A stretch of DNA of 32,000 nucleotides from Fibrobacter succinogenes subsp. succinogenes S85 (GTDB lineage Bacteria > Fibrobacterota > Fibrobacteria > Fibrobacterales > Fibrobacteraceae), in NCBI RefSeq assembly GCF_000146505.1, contig NC_017448.1, forward strand, positions 2,400,001 to 2,432,000. Direction: 5' to 3'. The position numbers and the translations under genes were made by a program. This document shows, one piece after another, positions 15,584 to 23,449 of this stretch (the stretch's first letter is position 1; each line of letters starts with the position of its first letter). The notes below the pieces were generated by a model. It was not told where the DNA came from. It did no database searches and worked only from the letters and a program-made list of their open reading frames with translations.

Positions 15584-17680
15584 GTGATGATTAATTGGCG
15601 CAGGATGCTGAATGTTCGCGCGACCATTGTGCTCGCTCTTGCTGTGCTGTTGACGTCGTGTTCCGACGACAAGGTGGCGGGCGGTACTACGGAAGATGCG
15701 GGGCTTGCCATCAAGAATTTGGACGTGGCAGGGCTTGCGCAAAAGGGGCCGTTTGTCAAAGGCTCTGTCGTGACTGTGCAGGGCGTGGATTGCAAGACGA
15801 TGGATTTCACGGACGAAGTTTTCGAAGGCTCCGTGATAAACAATGATGGTGAATATGTTGTTGAAAATGTGAATTTGTCTGTTGCTTGTGCTTTGCTTGA
15901 AGTGACGGGCTATTACCTCAATGAAAATACCGGTAAAAAATCAACGGGTGAAATCTCGCTCCATACGCTGACGGATTTGGGCGACCGCAAGAATGTGAAC
16001 ATCAACGTGTTTACGGAACTGGAATACAAGCGCGTGATGATCCTCAACACTGAAAAGAAGGTGTCTTTTGCGGATGCTAAAAAACAGGCTGAAAAAGAAG
16101 TGCTTGCTGCGTTTGATGTGAAAGCGGAAAATGGCGATTTCTCCTTGTTCGAAGACTTGGACGTCTTTGAAAAGGGTAAAGAGAATGTTGCGCTCCATGA
16201 TGTGAGCGTGATGTTGCAGGCGGATTTGGACGCTACGGAACTCGCAGAACGCTTGGAAAACATTGCCGCCGACATTGCGAAAGATGGCAAATGGGATGAT
16301 CGCGATTCTGTCATTCCCTCCTCGAGCGGGAATCTCCCCTCGTCCAGCAGCTCCTCCGTCATCGCTAGCGAAGCGAAGCAATCTAGTAACAGTATAAAAG
16401 ACTCTTACCTGAATCCAAACATTGCTTATGGCGAAATGACCGACTCCCGTGACGGACAAGTTTACAAGATCGTAAAGATTGGGGAGCAAGTTTGGATGGC
16501 GCAAAATTTGAACTATGAAGCGGCGACCAGTTATTGCTACAATGATGGTGCGGAATATTGCGAAAAGTATGGCCGGTTGTACACCTGGGCCGCGTCAGTG
16601 GACAAGTCGGAGAAAGAGTGCGGACTCGGAAACGAATGCAATCTGGCGTCTGGGAATATTCGTGGTATTTGTCCCGATGGCTGGTATTTGCCCAGCGGAG
16701 CTGATTTTGAGACTTTAATCAAGGCTGTGGGTGGCGAAAAAGGTGCCGGCGCTAAACTGAAGTCTTTGAGTGGCTGGCGTGACGATGGTGGTGTAAGTGG
16801 CAACGGCACTGACACATTCGGATTCTCGGCACTGCCTGTTGGCGTCGGTATGCAGGGCTTCTACGGTGAGGGGTACGGTGCGCAATTCTGGGGCTCTACG
16901 GAATGCGGTAGCGCGAGTGCTGCTGATAAAGGTTACAGCTGTGCGTCTATAATGAGCTTGGACTATGACGATGTCGACGTGAGCTTGAGGAGCTACGCTG
17001 CTAAGGACTTCAAGTTCTCTGTCCGCTGCATCAAGGAAGATGGTGAATTTGTTCCGGTGTCCAGCAACTCCTCTGTCATTCCCGCCTCGAGCGGGAATCT
17101 CCCCTCATCTAGTTCAGTTACCTTAGCAACGCCGTGCAAGACTGAAACAGAAGACAATTGTGAATATGGAACTTTGGCTGATTCCCGTGACGGACAAACC
17201 TACAAGACGGTGAAAATCGGTGATCAGGTTTGGATGGCGGAAAACTTGAACTATGAAAATGGAAATAGTATGTGCTACAGTGATGATAGTACTAAATGCG
17301 GTAAGTCTGGTCGTATTTACACTTGGGATGCTGCAAAAGAGGTTTGTCCGAGTGGATGGCATTTGCCTGATACAACGGAATGGGTTGCTTTATTCTCTGC
17401 GGTGGGAACTCGGGGAATGGCTGGTCGGAATCTCAAGTCGACCACTGGATGGGCTGATAATGGAAATGGCGTTGATGCATATGGTTTTTCTGTATTGCCT
17501 ATTGCTTTTTGGGATGATCCAGATTTCATTGCTAGGGATGAGTATGCGTTGTTCTGGAGCTCTACAGAAGTGGACGCCGATAAAGCTGAATTGCAACATT
17601 TTTACATGAGTTATGATTCGGTAATCCACGGTTCTTTTTCTAAGAAAATGGCCGTCTCTATCCGTTGTCTCAAAGATTAG
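15584..17680 (+). CDS. Lipoprotein with the shared N-terminal module and two FISUMP domains
   Basis: An AAGGAG Shine-Dalgarno precedes GTG 15584 / ATG 15587. Lipobox LLTSC|SDD. There are two canonical FISUMP domains, each preceded by a Ser-rich linker that carries the hairpin element. Confidence 0.85.
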   Translation: MMINWRRMLNVRATIVLALAVLLTSCSDDKVAGGTTEDAGLAIKNLDVAGLAQKGPFVKGSVVTVQGVDCKTMDFTDEVFEGSVINNDGEYVVENVNLSVACALLEVTGYYLNENTGKKSTGEISLHTLTDLGDRKNVNINVFTELEYKRVMILNTEKKVSFADAKKQAEKEVLAAFDVKAENGDFSLFEDLDVFEKGKENVALHDVSVMLQADLDATELAERLENIAADIAKDGKWDDRDSVIPSSSGNLPSSSSSSVIASEAKQSSNSIKDSYLNPNIAYGEMTDSRDGQVYKIVKIGEQVWMAQNLNYEAATSYCYNDGAEYCEKYGRLYTWAASVDKSEKECGLGNECNLASGNIRGICPDGWYLPSGADFETLIKAVGGEKGAGAKLKSLSGWRDDGGVSGNGTDTFGFSALPVGVGMQGFYGEGYGAQFWGSTECGSASAADKGYSCASIMSLDYDDVDVSLRSYAAKDFKFSVRCIKEDGEFVPVSSNSSVIPASSGNLPSSSSVTLATPCKTETEDNCEYGTLADSRDGQTYKTVKIGDQVWMAENLNYENGNSMCYSDDSTKCGKSGRIYTWDAAKEVCPSGWHLPDTTEWVALFSAVGTRGMAGRNLKSTTGWADNGNGVDAYGFSVLPIAFWDDPDFIARDEYALFWSSTEVDADKAELQHFYMSYDSVIHGSFSKKMAVSIRCLKD
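16310..16337 (+). repeat. REP-like hairpin element inside coding linker 1 (GTCATTCCCTC-CTCGA-GCGGGAATCTCC)
   Basis: 27 of 28 nt match the copy at 17075-17102. The arms and flanks match the intergenic copy at 5985-6011. In frame it reads V-I-P-S-S-S-G-N-L. Confidence 0.7.
16358..16383 (+). repeat. Second hairpin-type element in the same linker (GTCATCGCTAGCGAAGCGAAGCAATC)
   Basis: It has the same GTCAT...AATC frame with a different, imperfect stem (ATCGCT/AGCAAT). It reads VIASEAKQS. Confidence 0.4.
17075..17102 (+). repeat. REP-like hairpin element inside coding linker 2 (GTCATTCCCGC-CTCGA-GCGGGAATCTCC)
   Basis: Perfect 8-bp stem ATTCCCGC/GCGGGAAT with a 5-nt loop. It lies 765 nt (255 codons) downstream of the first CDS copy, in the same frame. 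Confidence 0.7.
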
Positions 17681-17705
17681 TGTTTGAAAAAAAAGGAGAA
17701 GGAAA

Positions 17706-20147
17706 GTGAAGAAATTCATAAGTAAATCAATTACTTTGTTGATGGCAATTGCTTCGGCGGGGATGCTCTCGGCTTGCCTGGATGATAAAGTTGCAGGCGG
17801 CGTCACGGAAGATGCAGGGCTCGCCATTAAGGACTTGAATGTGGCGGGCTTGGCGCAAAAGGGCCCGTTTGTCAAGGGATCTGTAGTGACTGTGCAGGGT
17901 GTTGACTGCAAGACGATGAAGTTCACGGAAGAAGAATTTACAGGCGAAGTCAAGAGCAACAAGGGCGACTTTGACGTTGACGATGTGAATCTCTCTGCGA
18001 CTTGCGCGTTGTTCTCTGTGTCCGGCTATTACATGAATGAATTTACCGGTGAGAAATCTTCGGATAAGTTGACGCTCCATGCGATTACGGATTTGAAAGA
18101 CCGCAAACATGTGAACATCAATGTGCTTACGGAATTGGAATACGAGCGCGTGATGAAGCTTGTCTCCAAAGAGAAAATGTCCTTTGACGATGCTAAGATG
18201 CAGGCAGAAAAGGAAATCCTAGCCGCGTTAGGTTTGGTGGATCGCTTTGAGTCGTTCGAAGGCTTGAGCATTTATGAAAAGGGCGACGGGAATGCTGCCC
18301 TCCTTGCGACGAGTGTAATGCTGCAATCGGATTTGGATGCTGAAAAGCTCACGGACCGTTTGGATGGCTTTGCTTCGTCCATCGCGGAAAGTGGCGAATG
18401 GGACGATGAAAAGACGAAAAAGAAAATGACGGATTGGGCGGATTCTGCAAAGTCCAGGGGCAAATACGAAACGATTCGCGACAATCTTGAAAAATGGAGC
18501 GACTCCGATGAAATCCCCGACTTTGAAAAAGTCGTCGATGAAATAAATAAGGATGCCAAGGAAACTACTCAGAAAATCCCTGAAGAGTGGAGCTGGGATG
18601 TACCGCAGTCCGCTCGCCTGAATCCGAATATCAAATACGATACGATGATTGACCCGCGCGATAAACAAGTCTATAAGGTCGTGAAAATTGAAGTGAAGGA
18701 GCATGATTATTCGCAGGTGTGGATGGCAGAAAACCTGAACTATGCCGATAGCGTCAAGACGCCGAGCTTGAAAGGCCAAAACTGGTGCTACAATAATGAT
18801 GAGAAAAATTGTAAGGTAAGCGGTCGCTATTACACTTGGGCGGCGGCGATAGACTCTGTGGCTTTGGCAAACGATTCAAAGAATCCGCTGAATTGCGGTT
18901 ATGGCAAGACGTGTGGAATTAATCGCGGAGTGCAGGGAATTTGCCCTGACGGCTGGCATTTGCCGACGCTCCATGAATGGGGATTGTTGGGCGTAGCTCT
19001 GGGGAACGCTGGCGTGGCCGGAGATAGCCTCAAGGCGCTGACTGGCTGGGATTACGCCGGAACGGCTGACAATAACGGCGTAGATGCCTATGGATTTGCG
19101 GCGCTTCCGACCGGAAGGATGGTTTCTACATCTAGCTGGAGCAATGTTGGTTCTAATGTTTATTATTGGAGTTCCGAAGAGGATGGTACGTATGAAGCGC
19201 GATATTCGAATATAAACAACATTTATACTAAATTCTATTTGTTCCAAGGTTCAAAAAAATATGGACAGAGTGTACGTTGCATCAAGGGTGATCCTTCGAC
19301 TGCAGCGATTAAATCTTCTTCAAGTTCTAGTGTTGGCGAAACGAAGTCTAGCAGCAGTTCTGCAAAATTGAGTAGCAGTGTGGTTGTGTCCAGCAGTAGT
19401 CAAGTAAAAATGAGTAGCAGTTCTGTAGTTCCTTCCGGCTGGAGCTGGGACGTGCCTAAGGAATTGCGCTTTAATCCGAATATCAAATACGACTCAATGG
19501 TTGACCCGCGTGACAAGCGTGTGTATAAAGTTGTGAAAATCGAAGTGAAAGAAAGGGATTATTCAAAGGTGTGGATGGCGGAGAACTTGAACTACGATGA
19601 TAGCGTCAAGACGCCGAGTTTGAAGGGCAATAGCTGGTGCTACCACGATACCACGAAATATTGCGAGGTGAGCGGTCGCTATTACACTTGGGCTGCGGCG
19701 ATTGATTCAGTTGCGCTGGCAAATGATCCTAAGGATCCGTTGAATTGCGGTTATGGCAAGACTTGTGGACTTAATCGCCAGATACAGGGAATTTGTCCTG
19801 ACGGTTGGCACTTGCCGGTTCGTGATGAATGGGGCTGGTTGAGCGTGTACTTAGGGAATGCGGGCGTGGCCGGCGATACCCTCAAGGCTTTGACCGGATG
19901 GGATTATGCCGGAACAGAAGACAATAACGGTGTGGATGCCTATGGATTTACGGCACTCCCGACTGGACGAAGAATCTCTGAAACTAACTGGAGCAACATT
20001 GGTTCTAATGTCTATTATTGGATCTCTGAAGAAGAGGATGCGTATGAGGCTCAGTATTCGAATATAAACAACATTTATACCAAATTCTATTTGTACCAAG
20101 GCTCAAAAACTTATGGACAAAGTGTCCGCTGCGTGAAGGATGAGTAA
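17706..20147 (+). CDS. Lipoprotein with the shared N-terminal module and two FISUMP domains of the 'WSWDVP' subfamily
   Basis: GTG start preceded by AAGGAGAAGGA. Lipobox MLSAC|LDD. The two domains are close paralogues of those in 3509-5905 and are separated by a Ser-rich linker. Confidence 0.85.
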   Translation: MKKFISKSITLLMAIASAGMLSACLDDKVAGGVTEDAGLAIKDLNVAGLAQKGPFVKGSVVTVQGVDCKTMKFTEEEFTGEVKSNKGDFDVDDVNLSATCALFSVSGYYMNEFTGEKSSDKLTLHAITDLKDRKHVNINVLTELEYERVMKLVSKEKMSFDDAKMQAEKEILAALGLVDRFESFEGLSIYEKGDGNAALLATSVMLQSDLDAEKLTDRLDGFASSIAESGEWDDEKTKKKMTDWADSAKSRGKYETIRDNLEKWSDSDEIPDFEKVVDEINKDAKETTQKIPEEWSWDVPQSARLNPNIKYDTMIDPRDKQVYKVVKIEVKEHDYSQVWMAENLNYADSVKTPSLKGQNWCYNNDEKNCKVSGRYYTWAAAIDSVALANDSKNPLNCGYGKTCGINRGVQGICPDGWHLPTLHEWGLLGVALGNAGVAGDSLKALTGWDYAGTADNNGVDAYGFAALPTGRMVSTSSWSNVGSNVYYWSSEEDGTYEARYSNINNIYTKFYLFQGSKKYGQSVRCIKGDPSTAAIKSSSSSSVGETKSSSSSAKLSSSVVVSSSSQVKMSSSSVVPSGWSWDVPKELRFNPNIKYDSMVDPRDKRVYKVVKIEVKERDYSKVWMAENLNYDDSVKTPSLKGNSWCYHDTTKYCEVSGRYYTWAAAIDSVALANDPKDPLNCGYGKTCGLNRQIQGICPDGWHLPVRDEWGWLSVYLGNAGVAGDTLKALTGWDYAGTEDNNGVDAYGFTALPTGRRISETNWSNIGSNVYYWISEEEDAYEAQYSNINNIYTKFYLYQGSKTYGQSVRCVKDE
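18588..20141 (+). repeat. Intragenic duplication of the WSWDVP-type FISUMP unit (852-nt period)
   Basis: TGGAGCTGGG starts a unit at 18588 and again at 19440. The encoded units are collinear and highly similar. Confidence 0.8.
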
Positions 20148-20182
20148 ATAGTGGTTAGTAAATAGTGGTTGGTGGTCAGTGG

Positions 20183-20216
20183 AAAAAGTCCTCGCTAGTG
20201 TGGCGGGGCTTTTTTG
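20183..20216 (+). terminator. Putative rho-independent terminator ending cassette 3
   Basis: Imperfect hairpin AAAAGTCCTCGC-tagtgtg-GCGGGGCTTTTTT with a T-run at 20210-20215. Confidence 0.55.
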
Positions 20217-20346
20217 TGTTCTTAGGATACATTTTGTGTTCTGAAATTTTGCGTAATTCGTATAAAAATGGCTGAAAACGTAAAAATTAAGCGAAAAACG
20301 GCAATTTTTGTATTCCATTATTATTGAATAAACTATATTTGTAATC
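20216..20346 (+). promoter_or_regulatory. Conserved upstream control region of cassette 4
   Basis: The region contains a degenerate palindrome GTGTTCTTAGGATAC (20216-20230), AAAAACGGCAATTTTT (20294-20309) and TATATTTG (20334-20341) ending 5 nt before ATG 20347. There is no Shine-Dalgarno. Confidence 0.45.
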
Positions 20347-21219
20347 ATGAAGGCGATTGTTGAATATACAGATTATCGCAAGTTCATTCAGGATTATTAT
20401 GATGAACGCAAACGCGACTCCGCTTTAACTTGGCGCGAGTTTGCTCAGAAAGCCGGTTTTGCATCGGCCATTTTTCTGAAGTATGTTTGTGAAGGCAAAA
20501 AGAATCTGAGTATCAGCGCTGCGGGTTCCGTTGCAGATGCCATGGGGCTTGTCGGTTTTGAAAGAACGTACTTTGTTCTGATGGTGATGTACGCCCATGC
20601 CAAAGGGGACGAGGCCAAAATGGCGGCGTTCGAAAAATGCTGTGCCTTGGCGAGGGCGCATAAGGTTCGTGTGCTCGGTAGCGAAGAATTTGATTATTAC
20701 AGGTCTTGGAAAAATCCGTTGATTCGTGAACTCGCTCCGCACATGCCGGGAGCAATGCCTTCTGAAATGGCGCGTGCTTGCAGGCCGAAAATCTCTACAG
20801 CCGAAGTTGCTGAAACGCTTGATTTTTTGGAAGATGCAAATCTCCTAAAAAAAGACCAGGAAGGAAATTATGTGCAGACGGACAAGTCCATATCGATGGG
20901 CTCCGTGGAAGCGGTTCCGCTTGCGGCGCGTGATTTGCAACGCCAGATGGGCGAGCTTGCCGTAAGGGCTATAAATTTCCCGCTTGCGGAGCGCTCCATG
21001 TCGGGTGTTGTCTTGGGGCTTACGCAGGAGTCCTATGAGCGTGTCAAGAAGGAACTTTTGGAATGCCGTCGCCGCATTATCGCCATTGCTACGGAAAGTA
21101 ACAAGACGCAGCGTGTGTACCGCTTGAACTTGCAGTTGTTCCCGTTGAGCGAAGATCTGGATGTTGCTAACGATGCTTTAAAAAATAAGGAGGAGAGGAA
21201 TGATAAGAAACGAGTCTAG
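20347..21219 (+). CDS. TIGR02147-type putative HTH protein, cassette 4
   Basis: 290-aa ORF starting MKAIVEYTDYRKFIQDYYDERKR. It overlaps the next gene by 20 nt. Confidence 0.8.
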   Translation: MKAIVEYTDYRKFIQDYYDERKRDSALTWREFAQKAGFASAIFLKYVCEGKKNLSISAAGSVADAMGLVGFERTYFVLMVMYAHAKGDEAKMAAFEKCCALARAHKVRVLGSEEFDYYRSWKNPLIRELAPHMPGAMPSEMARACRPKISTAEVAETLDFLEDANLLKKDQEGNYVQTDKSISMGSVEAVPLAARDLQRQMGELAVRAINFPLAERSMSGVVLGLTQESYERVKKELLECRRRIIAIATESNKTQRVYRLNLQLFPLSEDLDVANDALKNKEERNDKKRV

Positions 21220-23425
21220 ATTTTTTGGGGGAGTTTTTGCTTTCGCATTGGCGTTTGCCTTTGTGTCCATGTTTTCGGCATGCTCTGAAAAGGTTGCGGG
21301 TGGATCTTCTGATGATTCGGGTATCTACGCTGTCAAGGATTTGGATGTGGCAGGCGTTTCGCAGAAGGGGCCGTTTGTCAAGAGTTCTGCGGTGACGGTG
21401 CAGGGTATTGATTGCAAAACGGTGGAACTAACTCATGAAATTTTTGAAGGTTCGGTCAAGAGCGACAAAGGCGACTTTGGCGTTGATGATGTGAACCTTT
21501 CGGTGTCTTGCGCTTTGTTCGAAGTAACCGGTCACTACTTCAATGAAGTGACTGGTAAAAAGTCGGCGGGCGAGGTAACGCTCCATGCGCTCTCGGACTT
21601 GAGCGACCGCAAGCATGTGAATATCAACATGCTCACGGAACTTGAATACAGGCGTGTGATGCATCTCGTGTCAGAAGAGCATATGGATTTTGCGGATGCA
21701 AAGAAACAGGCCGAGAAGGAAGTCCTTGCTGCTTTCGGTATCAAGGGTGACTTTGATAATTTTGAAGACTTGACCATTTTTGAAGGTGGTGATGGAAATG
21801 CGGCGCTCCTTGCTGTAAGCGTGATGATGCAGGCGGAAACGGATGAAGCGGGACTTGCGAAGCGTATAGATAAGTTTGCAGATTCGTTTGCGGAAACCGG
21901 CAAGTGGAAGGATGACGAAACGAAAGCGGCAATTGAAAGTTGGCAGATTGATGCTGCGGCCAATGGTACTCTTGATTCAATTCGCAAGAATGTTGAAAGT
22001 TTGGGCTATGCCGATGTGGTTCCCGCTTTTGAAAAGTTCGTCGAAGCTTTCCAATACTCTTCCAGTGTTACACCGCGGTCAAGTAGTTCGTCAAAGGTCC
22101 CTGAGCCTGCCGAAGAGTCCAGCAGCAGTTCCGCAAAGGCGGATGCCGGCAGTGAATACGATGCTTCAGCAAATACGCTGAAGGATTTGCGCGATGGTCA
22201 AATTTACAGAACCGTTAAAATCGCTGGTCAGGTATGGATGGCAGAGAACCTGAACTACGAAGTGGAAAATAGTTCCTGTTTCAAAAATTCCGCAGATAGC
22301 TGTGCCAAGTATGGTCGCCTATACACCTTGCCTATTCAGGGAGTTTGCCCGAGCGGTTGGCACTTGCCTAGTGGTGTTGAATTAAATGCGCTGGTCACGG
22401 AAGCGGGTGGTCCAATTGTTGCAGGTTTGCATCTCAAGTCACGGACGGATTGGTACAGAACGGTAAGAGGCACGGATGCCTTGGGGTTTGCCGCACTCCC
22501 TGCAGGCAGGTGGAGCGAAGATAACGGTTTCGTTGGTGGTGTTGCTGCTTTTTGGAGTTCTAGTGAACGCGATAGTATTCATGTGTACGCTATGCACTTG
22601 TCCGATTATAGGGCGGATATTACCTTCAGTGATAAGGACAACGTTGCGTATTCGGTTCGTTGTCTAAAGAATAATGATTCAGTAGAAAGTAGTTCTAGCG
22701 GCTCTGAGGCTTCTAGCAGCAGCGTTAAGATTGCGTTGGCCTGTAAAATGAAAAATACGGATTATTGCAAATATGAAACCTTGATTGATGAGCGCGATGG
22801 CCAAACATATAAGACCATAAAAATCGGCACCCAGACGTGGATGGCTGAAAACTTGAATTATGCGTCCTTGCAACCTACGGATAGATTGGATTCAACCAGT
22901 TTCTGTTACGAGAATGAACCCTTTAATTGTGAAAAGGATGGTCGCCTGTATTTATGGAGTGCGGTCATGGATAGCGCTGCGACATGGAGTGATAATGGTA
23001 AAGGCTGCGGTTATGGTGTTGTCTGTTCTCCGACTTTCCCTGTACGTGGCGTTTGCCCGGCTGGCTGGCATGTGCCAAATCGTGATGAAGTGATGGAATT
23101 GTTAGATGCTGTTGGTGGAGTAGATGTTGCTGGAGATATGCTCATATCTGAATATTCAGGTTGTATAGATGAAGTGGATCTTTATGGCTTTTCGTTCCGC
23201 CCTACAGGTCGCAAGAGAAGTGAAGGGTACTATGACGATGATGGTGAGTATGGGTATATGTGGACTACAACGGATGACTATTAGAATTCGGACGAGTTTT
23301 TTCTCAAAAATAATGAACCGTTTGAACTCGTAGCGGCATTTTCTCTGTCGAAAGCAGGCGGTAATCTTGGTATGCACGGATATTACAAAAATACGGGCTA
23401 CCCTGTCCGCTGCATCAAGGACTAG
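21200..23425 (+). pseudogene. Lipoprotein (shared N-module plus two FISUMP domains) interrupted by an in-frame TAG at 23282-23284
   Basis: AGGAGG Shine-Dalgarno and lipobox MFSAC|SEK. The ORF stops at 23284, but the same frame continues for 46 sense codons to a second TAG at 23423-23425. That tail ends with the family signature GYPVRCIKD. Confidence 0.7.
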
Positions 23426-23449
23426 ATTTTAGAAAAGGAAGAATAGCTT

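Noticed and set aside
20143-20170. An exact 14-nt tandem duplication, AGTAAATAGTGGTT x2, that includes the stop codon of gene 17706-20147.
   Set aside because: It is real in the sequence, but it has only two units in a 3' untranslated spacer upstream of the terminator. It is most simply a slippage scar, and I see no functional reading.
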